The notes under the pieces were generated by a model. It saw nothing but the letters and a program-made list of their open reading frames with translations, was not told the origin of the DNA and made no database searches. Of a DNA stretch of 64,000 nucleotides, positions 47,435-57,453 are shown one piece after another. This DNA is from a bacterium (GTDB taxonomy: Bacteria; Actinomycetota; Acidimicrobiia; Spongiisociales; JAHEDJ01). The position numbers and the translations under genes were made by a program. Location: contig JAHEDJ010000001.1 of the NCBI GenBank assembly GCA_024641325.1, positions 23,594 to 87,593 of the forward strand. The letters are read 5' to 3'. Position 1 is the first letter of the stretch, and each line of letters starts with the position of its first letter.

Positions 47435-48379
47435 TCAGACAGGCGCAGAGATTTCCGGACCGGTGGATTCGGGTCGCGGGACTACGACATTTAGAGCCGC
47501 CGGTTCGGCGCTGATCACAATGTGTCCCGATCGACCAAGCATCTCTCCATCGGCCTGAGCCGCTTCTTCGGGGTCGGCGTCGATGGTGATCTGTTGAACA
47601 TCTCGCCACACGTGCACACCTCGGACCTTATCCAACCGGCCACTTCTCAGCGCCCGGATCAAGATGGCCGGCGCGCGGCGCAAAGGCAGCCCTTCAAAGA
47701 TGATTAACGTCAGGCCATCACCTGCAGGCACTCCGAGCGGCATCTTGCCGAAGTACGTGTAGGGGGCATGCACTTGTGCAAGAACCGTAACCGCATCGAG
47801 GCTGCGCACACCGTCGGTGACGCGTAGCTGCGGTTTCCTCGTTCTGTAGTCGCTGAGCAGCGCGGACACCGCACTCCTGGCATAGTGGACGGAACCGAAC
47901 CAGTACTTCCTGTACGGCTGTCCTTCCGACCGTTCCACGACCTCGGCGTCATAACCGACACCGGTTCCGAAGGTGACATGGGAGGTAACCGGCGGGTCGC
48001 CAAGTTCGACACGCGCCGTGGGTGCGGAGATCGTGTGGACGTCCCCGATCAACAATTCGGCCGCTTTCCGGGGCCGGTTCGGGATGCCGAGAATCCGGGC
48101 GAGAACGTTGGTGGTTCCCGCCGGAATGATCCCCAGGGACGTGTCCGTACCGGTTACCCCGTTCGCTACATGGTGGACGACGCCGTCACCGCCGAATCCG
48201 ACGACCACGTCGAACCCATCGGCGGCCGCTCTTGCCGATACGAGACGCACTTCGTCGGGGCTCACAGGCCAGGACGGCTCGATCTCATAGGAATCCGCCA
48301 GCATCGACGTAATGGTCCTGAAGAGCCCGCCGGTGAAACCTGAAGCTGCCGGATTTGCCACGAGGAGAAGTCTTTTCAC
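47435..48379 (-). CDS. Diacylglycerol kinase catalytic-domain lipid kinase (DagK/YegS family)
   Basis: The product runs RLLLVANPAASG...VVVGFGGDGVVHHVANG...IIPAGTTN, fitting the DAGK_cat fold. I chose the GTG start at 48379; the track start at 48469 would add 30 aa. Confidence 0.6.
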   Translation of the reverse strand: MKRLLLVANPAASGFTGGLFRTITSMLADSYEIEPSWPVSPDEVRLVSARAAADGFDVVVGFGGDGVVHHVANGVTGTDTSLGIIPAGTTNVLARILGIPNRPRKAAELLIGDVHTISAPTARVELGDPPVTSHVTFGTGVGYDAEVVERSEGQPYRKYWFGSVHYARSAVSALLSDYRTRKPQLRVTDGVRSLDAVTVLAQVHAPYTYFGKMPLGVPAGDGLTLIIFEGLPLRRAPAILIRALRSGRLDKVRGVHVWRDVQQITIDADPEEAAQADGEMLGRSGHIVISAEPAALNVVVPRPESTGPEISAPV

Positions 48380-48419
48380 GCTCCGAGAGTACTCGTCCGC
48401 TCGGTGGGCGGGACAACCG

Positions 48420-49385
48420 ATGTCCGTCGTTAGGATGTCCGGCGGAATGAACGCATTGAGCACCAACATCAGCCGCGATTCAGGAGCAGGAGTTCTTCTG
48501 GGTCTGGCGGCGGGCGATCAGGGTTCCGGAGCCGCCTACGGACATCACGGGCAACTGGCGATGGTCGTCGCGTATGAGATGCTCCGGCACGGCGGCGTCG
48601 AACAGGTCCGTATTCGGGAGGCTCTCAGTCGTCTAACCGGTGGCAGATCTGGCCGTTCACGAGTTCGGGGGGCTCCACCCTGGCTGCACAGCTACCTCGA
48701 GCAAGAAGGGCTCAAAGGACTCGGAAGCGGACCTCACGGTGGCATGGATGTGGCAACGCGGGCCGTTTCGATCGGCGTCTGGCACCGGAACCATCCGTTG
48801 GATTTGGTTGCAGACTCGGTGCGAGCGGCCAATTCGACCCACACCGATCGCCCTTCGGCGGTAGCCGCCGCCGTTCTTGCCGGCACCATCGCAGGAATCT
48901 CTCACGGCCAGTACGGTCGTGATCTGGTCGCCGGAGCTTGGGAGGTCGGGCAGATGGCGAAGGATCGGGTTGACGGTGATCCCGCCTTCGACGGTGATGC
49001 AACACTTCTTCTCGACTCGCTGAAGTATTTGTCGTCCATGGTGGGCGAGGATCCGAGTGTGATCATCGAACGAATCCAACCGGAACGCGAGTCCCTGCTA
49101 TCGGTGATATCCGCTATCGCGATCGGGGCACCTCTTCACCAGGATCCGTTCGCGGCGATTCCCGAAGTTGCTCTGCTTCGTAGGAGAGATATCGACATCG
49201 TCATCTCGGCGATGGTTGGGGCAAGAGTCGGGCTCGTACAGTGGCCGTCGTCGGTCGCCAATGACACCTGGTTTGCCGAGACAGGAAGGCGCCTGGCAGA
49301 TCGCAAAAAGCGAGTCGACGACCTCCCTGATCTATTTGAAGTTGAGGACCGGTTGTCACACGGTCCGCCCGGCGGATACAGATAA
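48420..49385 (+). CDS. ADP-ribosylglycohydrolase family protein
   Basis: The product contains LGLAAGDQGSGAAYG and has the general family architecture. The call is tentative. Confidence 0.45.
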   Translation: MSVVRMSGGMNALSTNISRDSGAGVLLGLAAGDQGSGAAYGHHGQLAMVVAYEMLRHGGVEQVRIREALSRLTGGRSGRSRVRGAPPWLHSYLEQEGLKGLGSGPHGGMDVATRAVSIGVWHRNHPLDLVADSVRAANSTHTDRPSAVAAAVLAGTIAGISHGQYGRDLVAGAWEVGQMAKDRVDGDPAFDGDATLLLDSLKYLSSMVGEDPSVIIERIQPERESLLSVISAIAIGAPLHQDPFAAIPEVALLRRRDIDIVISAMVGARVGLVQWPSSVANDTWFAETGRRLADRKKRVDDLPDLFEVEDRLSHGPPGGYR

Positions 49386-49442
49386 GAGCCTTCCGCCCTC
49401 CGGCGAAATCCGGTCTCGCGGCAGTATGGCGGGTAGGGCTCG

Positions 49443-50585
49443 CTACCTCTCACTCTCCGCGGGCACTCTGACTTTGTCCAGCACGAATCTCGAGGCGACG
49501 AGGAATGCGATCAACGTTCCCACGGCGACGCTGCGGCCCAGGTGCAGCCTGTCGACGATGAGACCCCAGGTCAAGGGCCCGAGGACGGTGGCGAACCGCC
49601 CGACCATCCCGTACAGGCCGTAGAACTCGCCGATCGACTCGGCCGGCGACAGGCGAACCATATACACGCGGTCGCTTGCCCATGTGGCGCCGAGCGCAAT
49701 GCCTCCAAGGATGCCCAACGACCAACCGAGTTCCGGCAGATCAGCTTCAGCTGCAACGATGCCCAGACCCATGCCGATCATCCACATGTACAACGCGCCG
49801 TGTAGCACACGCCGGGGCCCAAGGCGGTCCACGAGTCGGCCGCCTCCGAAGCCGCCGATCATCGCCCCGACGATCGCCCCACCGAGCAGTATCTCCATCT
49901 CCTCTCGTTCGAATCCGATCTCATCGATGACGAACACGGCCAGAAACCCGCCGATCATTGTGTTGATCGCGTCCGAATAAAGGAAGCGGCCGACCAGGAA
50001 CCGCGTCAAACCGGGATGCTGTGATGCTCGTCGCCAGGAAATCGCTAGTTGTCTGAAGGCGCTTCGCCACGACGGAGGAGGACCGGCTGGAGCAGGTCGC
50101 GGGCGTTCTAGAACGAACAGAAAGGTCGGAATAGCGAAGAATAGGAAGGCCGCTGCCAGAGTTCGGAACAGGGCCGGATATCCGAGGCCGAGCGCGTCCA
50201 GCACTGTTCTGCCGATGATCACTCCGACGAAGGATCCGAAGTAACCGACTCCGATGCCAATCCCTGAGATCCGGCCCCGATTCTCCGGTGTGGAAACGTC
50301 CGGGAGTATGGAGTCGTATACGACCGACCCGAGGTTGAACCCGATGAGGGCAAGGCCGTACAGAGCCAGCGACCAGCCGACCGACACCGAACCCAGCAGA
50401 GCCGTAGCACCCACCGCCACGGCAGTTGTCACTGCCAGGTAGGGGATCCGGCGCGGAGCGTGGTCGGTTCTGGCGCCAATCCAGGGGTTGGCGAGAATCA
50501 CGACCAGCATTGCGGCCGCGATCGTATATGAGAGCACTTCGTCCGGTTGGTCCTGAACGTCGGTCACCCAGGTCGCGAAGTACAA
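49443..50585 (-). CDS. MFS transporter (UMF1-like); true N-terminus probably extends to about 50687 via a non-canonical start
   Basis: The product is polytopic. The in-frame upstream sequence ...IAAWATYDLANTIFALGV matches the conserved N-terminal motif (AWTMYDWANSAFATTI) of the second MFS at 60927..63104. No ATG, GTG or TTG lies upstream of that motif. Confidence 0.55.
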   Translation of the reverse strand: MYFATWVTDVQDQPDEVLSYTIAAAMLVVILANPWIGARTDHAPRRIPYLAVTTAVAVGATALLGSVSVGWSLALYGLALIGFNLGSVVYDSILPDVSTPENRGRISGIGIGVGYFGSFVGVIIGRTVLDALGLGYPALFRTLAAAFLFFAIPTFLFVLERPRPAPAGPPPSWRSAFRQLAISWRRASQHPGLTRFLVGRFLYSDAINTMIGGFLAVFVIDEIGFEREEMEILLGGAIVGAMIGGFGGGRLVDRLGPRRVLHGALYMWMIGMGLGIVAAEADLPELGWSLGILGGIALGATWASDRVYMVRLSPAESIGEFYGLYGMVGRFATVLGPLTWGLIVDRLHLGRSVAVGTLIAFLVASRFVLDKVRVPAESER

Positions 50586-50683
50586 ACCCTGGACTCCGAG
50601 CGCAAAAATGGTATTGGCCAGGTCGTAGGTGGCCCAGGCAGCAATACTCGAGCGGCGCGGAATCCAATCGGTGGTGGGAGACG

Positions 50684-51766
50684 TCAGAAGGTCACCGCCA
50701 CCGCCAGGAGTTCATCTCGACCCAAAACACCTCCGGCGGCCTGCATTGCTCGCCCGGCTTCGGCCAGCGGGAACTCATGCGACACGATCTGGTCAATCCT
50801 GTCGTCGGTCGCTAGGTGGCGGGTAGCCCAGTGGTAGCCGGCAGAGCTTGCTCCGAATGCACCACGTACGGTCAGCTCCTTGACTACCACGATATCTGAG
50901 AAGAGCTGATGGATTGCGTTGGTGCCCTTCGTCGATGCCAGTACCACCCGGCCTCCCGCTCGCACCAGGTCGAGGCCCATGAAGATCGCTTCCGGATCGT
51001 CGCTGGTGACGTCGAGAACGATGTCGGGGCGAGCACCGAGCGAGTTCGCGACAGCACTGCCGACGTCTCCTGCTTCGATGTTTACCACCATGTCTGCGCC
51101 GAGATCGGCGGCCATCTTCAGACGGTCGGTGTCGTGAGGGAGTCCGGCGACACCCACCCATCCAGCGCCGGCGGCCTTCGCTGCGATCAGTGCGGAAAGG
51201 CCCCGTGGCCCCGGGCCGAGGATGAGCACGTTCTCGCCGGTTTGTAGCCGCGGTAGCTCGACTGCCCAGGTGAATCCGGCTGCGAGCGCATGAGCGAACG
51301 TTCCGACCTCCGCCGGAATGTCGTCTGAGAGGGCATGGAGCCTGGCGCCGGGATCGAGGTAGACGTACTCGGCGAGCCCTCCCCACAACGCGGGCGGCTC
51401 CTTCGACGAAAGGTGGCCGTAGGCGTTGATCGGCCGTCGGAAAGTGCAGCTCGAAACGCCGTTGGTGCACCTACGACAGGCGCCGCATCGAATGGAAGTT
51501 TCGAGAACGACCCTGGTGCCTACCGGAAATGAAATAGAGTCATCAACCACCTCCGCGACACGTCCGACGATCTCATGTCCGGGTATCAGGGGGTAATCCA
51601 GCCTGCGGTTGGTTCCGTTCCATGCGTGAACCTCGACTCCGGAGATACCGGTCGACTCGATGGCCAGCCATCCGCCGGTTTCGATTTGTCCCATCGGAAG
51701 TCGAGTTGGGGTGAGCCGGCCGGGGCCAACCAACAGCATCGCTCTCGCAGTTGAGCCCGTCAGCAT
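50684..51766 (-). CDS. Zinc-binding alcohol dehydrogenase family (MDR) oxidoreductase
   Basis: The product runs GHEIVGRV...CGACRRC...LILGPGPRGL, carrying the GHE catalytic-Zn, the structural-Zn Cys cluster and a Rossmann motif. The track ORF has an N-terminal extension, so I chose the internal Met. Confidence 0.75.
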   Translation of the reverse strand: MLTGSTARAMLLVGPGRLTPTRLPMGQIETGGWLAIESTGISGVEVHAWNGTNRRLDYPLIPGHEIVGRVAEVVDDSISFPVGTRVVLETSIRCGACRRCTNGVSSCTFRRPINAYGHLSSKEPPALWGGLAEYVYLDPGARLHALSDDIPAEVGTFAHALAAGFTWAVELPRLQTGENVLILGPGPRGLSALIAAKAAGAGWVGVAGLPHDTDRLKMAADLGADMVVNIEAGDVGSAVANSLGARPDIVLDVTSDDPEAIFMGLDLVRAGGRVVLASTKGTNAIHQLFSDIVVVKELTVRGAFGASSAGYHWATRHLATDDRIDQIVSHEFPLAEAGRAMQAAGGVLGRDELLAVAVTF

Positions 51767-51786
51767 GGTCGGGAAGTGTACCGGCG

Positions 51787-52980
51787 TCAGATTGTCAGGA
51801 AGTCGGCGAGCCGGCTCACGCCTTCCTCGAGGTCCGCATCGCCGAGCGCGTACGAAAGGCGAGCGAATCCGGCGGCACCGAAAGCCTCGCCCGGAACAAC
51901 CGCCACATGGGCTTCCTCGAGTACCAACCCGGCGAGCTCCAGGGTCGAGGCCGGCCGATGCCCTCGGATGTCGGTGCCGAGCAGTGCCTCGAATGATGGG
52001 AAAGCGTAGAAAGCTCCCTGGGGCTCGATCACCTTCACGCCGTTGATCCCGCTCAGCATCGAGTACATGTTCCGGCGCCGGCGGTCGAATGCCTTGCGCA
52101 TCTCCTCGACGGGCTCCATTGGTCCGGTCACCGCCGCCAGGGCCGCGGCCTGTGAAACGTTGGCGACGTTTGAGGTTGAGTGGGACTGAAGGTTGGCTGC
52201 GGCCTTGATCACATCCAGGGGCCCCACCATCCAACCGACCCGCCATCCAGTCATGGCATACGTCTTTGCCACACCGTTGACAATGATGCAGCGATCCTGT
52301 AGCTCCGGGACCAGCCCTGCCATCGATGAAAAGGCGGTCTCGCCGTAGACCAGGTGTTCGTAGATTTCGTCCGTGATCACCCACACGTCATGCTCTGCCG
52401 CCCACCGCCCGATGGCTGCAATCTCCTCTGGGGGATAAACGGCCCCGGTCGGGTTGGAGGGAGACACGAAGATCAAAGCTTTGGTGTGCTCCGTCCTGGC
52501 AGCCTCGAGTTGGTCGACCGTGACCTGGAAGCCGGTTGAATCGTCGGTGGCCAGGATGATCGGTACACCACCGGCGAGCCCGATCGCCTCCGGATAGGTA
52601 ACCCAGTAGGGGGCGGGGAGCAGTACTTCGTCGCCCGGGTCGACAATTGTGGCCAGGGCCGCGAAGACGGCATGCTTGCCGCCGTTGGTGATCAGGACGT
52701 TGCCCGGAGAGGCTTCATAACCGGAATACCGGAGCGTCTTGGCTGCCACGGCTTCCCGGAGTTCCGGCATGCCGGCGGCGGGGCCATATTTGTGCATCTT
52801 GGGATCGCGGCAGGCAATGACGGCGGCCTCCACGATGTGCTCCGGAGTCGGGAAATCCGGTTCTCCTGCGCCGAATCCGATCACGTCGACACCTTGTGCT
52901 TTGAGCACCTTCGCCTTGGCGGTAACGGCCATGGTTGCCGATTCGGCAATAGACCCGATGCGATCTGAGATGCGGTGCAT
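51787..52980 (-). CDS. Aspartate/aromatic aminotransferase (class I PLP aminotransferase)
   Basis: The 397-aa product is an AspAT-like Ib subfamily enzyme ([17 protein letters not shown]...SPSNPTG...). Confidence 0.85.
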   Translation of the reverse strand: MHRISDRIGSIAESATMAVTAKAKVLKAQGVDVIGFGAGEPDFPTPEHIVEAAVIACRDPKMHKYGPAAGMPELREAVAAKTLRYSGYEASPGNVLITNGGKHAVFAALATIVDPGDEVLLPAPYWVTYPEAIGLAGGVPIILATDDSTGFQVTVDQLEAARTEHTKALIFVSPSNPTGAVYPPEEIAAIGRWAAEHDVWVITDEIYEHLVYGETAFSSMAGLVPELQDRCIIVNGVAKTYAMTGWRVGWMVGPLDVIKAAANLQSHSTSNVANVSQAAALAAVTGPMEPVEEMRKAFDRRRRNMYSMLSGINGVKVIEPQGAFYAFPSFEALLGTDIRGHRPASTLELAGLVLEEAHVAVVPGEAFGAAGFARLSYALGDADLEEGVSRLADFLTI

Positions 52981-53044
52981 GGCGAATTCGCTTTCGTTGC
53001 TTCAATCGACTGTGATGTCGCTGAGTCGAAGAATAGTGGTGACG

Positions 53045-54160
53045 ATGTCCGGGCAAATCGAGATACCTCAACACCTCTTGCCGGGCGACGGACGGTTCGG
53101 ATCCGGGCCCACGAAAGTCCGGAGCGAGGCTCTCGAGTCCCTTCTCAGCGTTGGGTCCAGGTATCTCGGCACGAGCCACAGGCGCCCGGCAGTCAAGGAT
53201 GTGGTCGGTCGAATCCGGTCCGGCTTGCGTTCGCTCTATTCGCTCCCGGATGACTATGAAGTCGTGCTCGGTGTCGGCGGTGCCACTGCTTTCTGGGACG
53301 TGGCGGTGTTCGGCCTGATTGAGGAGCGCAGCGAACATCTCGTGTTCGGTGAGTTCTCGGGGAAGTTCGCGTCCTCGGTAGCGAAGGCACCACATCTGCT
53401 GTCCCCTCTCATCGTTGAGTCGCAGCCTGGCACCCATCCGCAGGTTGTGACAGACCCATCAGTTGACACATACGCCTTCACTCACAACGAGACCACCACG
53501 GGTGTGATGATGCCGATCGTGCGGCCGGGCGCGCCGGGCATCGTCGTGGTCGATGCCACTTCCGCCGCCGGAGCGATGCCGGTCGATACAGGGGAGTTCG
53601 ACGTCTATTACTTCTCACTGCAGAAGGCCTTTGGTTCGGAGGGGGGTCTGTGGGTGGCGCTGATGTCTCCTGCCGCGCTCCGACGGGTCGAGATGATCGC
53701 CGTTTCCGGCCGTTATGTGCCCCCGTTTCTCGACATGACGGCGGCAATTGAGAACTCTCGCAAGGATCAGACCGTGAACACCCCGGCTCTCGCCACCCTG
53801 TTCCTCATGGCCGAGCAGGTTGATTGGATGATTGAGCGAGGAGGGCTGGCATGGTCGGTCGGTCGAGCCGGGGAGAACGCGGCCGCCGTGTACGGCTGGG
53901 CTGAATCGGTGCCCTACGCCTCTCCGTTTGTCAGTGAGCAGGCAGAGAGGTCACCGGTGACGGCAACGATTGATTTCGTGGGGGTCGAAGCGCTGGAGTT
54001 GGCCGCAGTCCTGAGGTCGAACGGCATTGTCGATGTGGAGCCGTATCGCAAACTCGGTCGGAATCAGCTCCGGATCGGCATGTGGCCGTCCATTCCGATC
54101 GATGACATCGAGGCGTTGATCGGTTCGATCGACTACGTCGTTTCAGCCCTCGATTCCTGA
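53045..54160 (+). CDS. serC: Phosphoserine aminotransferase (actinobacterial-type SerC)
   Basis: The product MSGQIEIPQHLLPGDGRFGSGPTKVR matches the mycobacterial SerC N-terminus. The start was chosen at the internal Met of the track ORF. Confidence 0.8.
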   Translation: MSGQIEIPQHLLPGDGRFGSGPTKVRSEALESLLSVGSRYLGTSHRRPAVKDVVGRIRSGLRSLYSLPDDYEVVLGVGGATAFWDVAVFGLIEERSEHLVFGEFSGKFASSVAKAPHLLSPLIVESQPGTHPQVVTDPSVDTYAFTHNETTTGVMMPIVRPGAPGIVVVDATSAAGAMPVDTGEFDVYYFSLQKAFGSEGGLWVALMSPAALRRVEMIAVSGRYVPPFLDMTAAIENSRKDQTVNTPALATLFLMAEQVDWMIERGGLAWSVGRAGENAAAVYGWAESVPYASPFVSEQAERSPVTATIDFVGVEALELAAVLRSNGIVDVEPYRKLGRNQLRIGMWPSIPIDDIEALIGSIDYVVSALDS

Positions 54161-54165
54161 TCAGT

Positions 54166-54642
54166 ATGGCGGAGCGAACCTGGTTCTATCTCGTCGGGAG
54201 TGACCACGTGGGGCCGGTCGCAGAACCGGTCATTCGCCATATGGCTGTCGCAGGACACCTTTTCGCAGAGTCATTCGTTTGGACCGATGGTCTGGGGGCA
54301 TGGACCCCACTGGGCAAGGTGCATGGATTCGAAGGGGTGGCACTTCCGGCTCCGCAAGGACAAATGCCGCCGTCGCTGGATCGATTCCCCGGCCTGTCTC
54401 TGCCCACCGGACGTTCCCGATGGGCGGGCGTTGCCGCGAATCTGGGTTGGCTCAGCGTCCTGGTGCTCCCGGCCCCGCTGGCGCTGGCGGCGGGCGTGAC
54501 CGCGTTGCGCGAGATACTCGGATCTGAGGCTCGAGTTGGCCGGCGTTTGGGTGGAATGGGGCAGGCCGTTTTCGGCATCATGATGGGGTCGATATTCACC
54601 GCAATACTGATCTGGGCGATCACAGCAGCCGCACTCCGCTAA
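54166..54642 (+). CDS. DUF4339 (GYF-like) domain membrane protein
   Basis: The N-terminus WFYLVGSDHVGPV...FVWTDGLGAWTPL fits the DUF4339 pattern. A C-terminal TM region is present. Confidence 0.4.
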   Translation: MAERTWFYLVGSDHVGPVAEPVIRHMAVAGHLFAESFVWTDGLGAWTPLGKVHGFEGVALPAPQGQMPPSLDRFPGLSLPTGRSRWAGVAANLGWLSVLVLPAPLALAAGVTALREILGSEARVGRRLGGMGQAVFGIMMGSIFTAILIWAITAAALR

Positions 54643-54662
54643 CCACTACTCGCGACTCGCGA

Positions 54663-55325
54663 CTAGATCCCCACATCGATCAGTAGTCGGTGTGGGCGAA
54701 ACACTGAACGGTTGAGCGGTGACAACCGGGCGAGCGGATGGACTATCACGATGATGTGACGCCCGGCGGCCTTTGCCTTGAGGGCAGCATCGGCGATCCG
54801 GGACGTCGTCCAGAACCGCGACGTCGTACTGGCCACTCCCGGGGCGAGCAATGCCGTCGCTTCCTCGGGAGGTGCAACGGAAATCGGAAAATTGAGATAC
54901 CCGAGACCTTTTGATATTGCCCGCCGGTCGGTGAACAACTGAGCTCGCGAGTTGCCGAGCTGCGAGGCGGCCTCCAGTACGGAGAGAGTCGATTTCCCGA
55001 GCGAGGTAACTCCCATCGACTCATAGTGGGCGACACGCAAGCCGAGATCTGAGCTCCATGTCTCATCCTCGAGTTCCGCGACGGCCAGTTGAAGCGCTCT
55101 TCGGACCCTGTTCGGATCTGGGTCGAGGGCGCGTTCGGTGATGGCCAGCAGAAGCGGTTGATCGGGCCTCCGGGTTCGGAGCATCCTGGCGGCTTCGAGG
55201 CCGGTTTCAATCCAATCTCTTTCGACGAGCTCGAGCAGGCCTTCAGCGGCGCGGAGCGTCGTTTCGACGGGGTCGGACCACTCGTCGTGAGCGGCATCCC
55301 TGAGGAGCTCGAGAGGCCCATTCAT
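54663..55325 (-). CDS. Hypothetical protein
   Basis: This is a 220-aa ORF with coding-like composition. No family was recognised. Confidence 0.3.
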   Translation of the reverse strand: MNGPLELLRDAAHDEWSDPVETTLRAAEGLLELVERDWIETGLEAARMLRTRRPDQPLLLAITERALDPDPNRVRRALQLAVAELEDETWSSDLGLRVAHYESMGVTSLGKSTLSVLEAASQLGNSRAQLFTDRRAISKGLGYLNFPISVAPPEEATALLAPGVASTTSRFWTTSRIADAALKAKAAGRHIIVIVHPLARLSPLNRSVFRPHRLLIDVGI

Positions 55326-55352
55326 CTAGTTGCTTCCAAGCTCTTGATACGC

Positions 55353-56996
55353 ATGGCACCTCCGCGCGTCAACCTAGTCCTCACGATGGTGACGCGCCGG
55401 TCGACATCGAATAGGCTCACAGCGAAGCACATCCCGGAGGTTGCCAAAGTGTTCGAACCGTTCGCCAATGAGCCATATAGCGATTTCTCCATCGACGAGA
55501 ATTCCGCCGCCTACCGCACTGCGATTGAAGGTGTGCGCTCGGAACTCGGTCGCCATTACCCGCTGATCATCGGAGGAGAGGCCATCGATACCGACGGTCG
55601 CATCGAGAGCGTCAACCCCGCCAAACCCTCGGAGGTTGTCGGCACGGTGGCGTCCGCGACGCCGGAGCTTGCCGGACGGGCGATCGAGGCTGCTTGGAAC
55701 GGGTTCGCGGAGTGGTCGGCAATGACTGCAGAAGCCCGTGCCAGAACAGTGATGAAGCTGGCGGCCATCCTGCGCAGGCGCAAGCTGGAGCTATCCGCCT
55801 GGCAGACTCTCGAGGCATCGAAGAACTACCTGGAAGCCGAGGCCGACGTGGCTGAGGCTATCGACTTCGTCGACTACTACGCCCGGCAAGCCCTAACGCT
55901 CGCCCAGCCGGTGGCGGTCACCTCGTTTCCGAATGAGGAGAACGAATCACATCTCATTCCGCTGGGTGTGGGCGTAATCATCCCGCCCTGGAACTTTCCG
56001 CTGGCGATCCTGGCCGGCATGACCATGGGTCCCGTTGCAGCCGGCAATGCAGTGGTAGTCAAGCCCGCCTCGACGACTCCGGTTATTGCGGCACAGTTCA
56101 TGATGGCCGTCGAGGAAGCAGGGTTTCCGGCTGGTGTAATCAACTTCCTGCCGGGCGCCGGCAGTTTGGTCGGTGACACGCTGGTCGACCACCCGCGCAC
56201 CCGCTTCATCAACTTCACCGGGTCCAAGGAAGTGGGGCTGCGTATCGCCGAGCGGTCCTCGAAGGTGAATCCCGGCCAGATGTGGCTCAAACGCGCCTAC
56301 ATGGAGATGGGTGGGAAGGATGCGCAGGTCGTCGATGAGACGGCAGACCTCGACGCGGCGGCCCGCGCCGCGGTAGCAGGCGCTTTCGGTTTTCAAGGCC
56401 AGAAGTGCTCTGCCTGCTCCCGCCTGATAGTCGTCGACGAAGTGCACGACGAGGTTCTGGACAAAGTCGTCCGATACGCCTCTGAACTGTCCATGGGTCC
56501 TGCGACGGAGAACAATCAGGTCACCGCCGTCATCAGCGGAGGCCAGCATCGGACGGTTCTCGAAGAGATCGAGAAGGGCAAGCAAGAAGCGAGACTCGTC
56601 CTGGGAGGCTCGGCCGTCGAGTTGGATGGTGGCTACTACATCGAGCCGACGGTTTTCGCCGATGTGGAACCGGGGCATCGGCTTGCCCAGTTCGAAATCT
56701 TCGGGCCGGTCTTGTCGGTCATCCGTTCCCGCGACTTCGAACACGCCATTGAAATCGCCAACGGAACTGAATACGGCCTGACCGGCGGCGTGTTCACCAA
56801 GCGGCGCGATCGGATCGAGTACGCCCGTCGCAAGTTCCACGTCGGGAACCTCTATATCAACCGGAAGATCACGGGAGCGTTGGTGGCGGTTCAGCCATTC
56901 GGCGGTTTCAATATGTCCGGTTCGAATGCCAAGGCAGGTGGCCCCGATTATCTCCGACTGTTCATGGAGATGAAGACGGTCGCCGAACGCTGGTGA
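55353..56996 (+). CDS. rocA: L-glutamate gamma-semialdehyde (1-pyrroline-5-carboxylate) dehydrogenase
   Basis: The aldehyde dehydrogenase fold has a catalytic Cys in FGFQGQKCSACS and Glu in EMGGKD. The N-terminal region aligns with B. subtilis RocA. The start is uncertain between 55353 and 55386. Confidence 0.8.
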   Translation: MAPPRVNLVLTMVTRRSTSNRLTAKHIPEVAKVFEPFANEPYSDFSIDENSAAYRTAIEGVRSELGRHYPLIIGGEAIDTDGRIESVNPAKPSEVVGTVASATPELAGRAIEAAWNGFAEWSAMTAEARARTVMKLAAILRRRKLELSAWQTLEASKNYLEAEADVAEAIDFVDYYARQALTLAQPVAVTSFPNEENESHLIPLGVGVIIPPWNFPLAILAGMTMGPVAAGNAVVVKPASTTPVIAAQFMMAVEEAGFPAGVINFLPGAGSLVGDTLVDHPRTRFINFTGSKEVGLRIAERSSKVNPGQMWLKRAYMEMGGKDAQVVDETADLDAAARAAVAGAFGFQGQKCSACSRLIVVDEVHDEVLDKVVRYASELSMGPATENNQVTAVISGGQHRTVLEEIEKGKQEARLVLGGSAVELDGGYYIEPTVFADVEPGHRLAQFEIFGPVLSVIRSRDFEHAIEIANGTEYGLTGGVFTKRRDRIEYARRKFHVGNLYINRKITGALVAVQPFGGFNMSGSNAKAGGPDYLRLFMEMKTVAERW

Positions 56997-57002
56997 AATT
57001 GC

Positions 57003-57032
57003 ATGAGGGTGCACCCGGCGGTGCACCCTCAT
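57003..57032. terminator. Perfect 13-bp inverted repeat ATGAGGGTGCACC-CGGC-GGTGCACCCTCAT (bidirectional terminator)
   Basis: It lies between the convergent rocA stop at 56996 and the stop at 57056 of the minus-strand gene. An A-rich tract follows. Confidence 0.6.
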
Positions 57033-57055
57033 AAACGTCACGTGTCGGCCGCAGG

Positions 57056-57379
57056 TCAGCCGTCGAGTTGGTCTTTGACCTCGTCGACCTTTGCTTCAGC
57101 TGAGTCGGTGGCGCCTTCGGCTGCCTCTTCCACAGCTCCTGCGGCATCTCCGGCGGCTTCGTCACCCTCGCCGCGCATGTCATCGATCTTGTCTTCGACC
57201 TTGTCCTTGAGGTCACCGGCGAGATCCTTCGCCTTTTCGAAGGCCTCGCCCGCTGCTTCCTTGGCCTTGCCGACCATGGGTGCTGCCTTCTCGCCAAGAT
57301 CCTCGACCTTGTCCTTTGCCTCGCCGGCGGTTTCCTTCGCCTTGCCGAACCAGCCTTTGAGAGTGTCCATGAAGCTCAT
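57056..57379 (-). CDS. Hydrophilic repeat protein (CsbD/YtxH-like general stress-type)
   Basis: The 107-aa product has KAKE/AGEA/KDKVED amphipathic repeats. An AGGAAGG SD sequence lies upstream. Confidence 0.35.
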   Translation of the reverse strand: MSFMDTLKGWFGKAKETAGEAKDKVEDLGEKAAPMVGKAKEAAGEAFEKAKDLAGDLKDKVEDKIDDMRGEGDEAAGDAAGAVEEAAEGATDSAEAKVDEVKDQLDG

Positions 57380-57453
57380 TTTCCGGGGCCTTCCTCTTTG
57401 ATTGCCTGAACAGCCCTATTGAACCACACCCGGTACCCGGCTGCGGCGCCGGA

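Noticed and set aside
55947-57041. 364-aa minus-strand ORF
   Set aside because: It is antisense to rocA.
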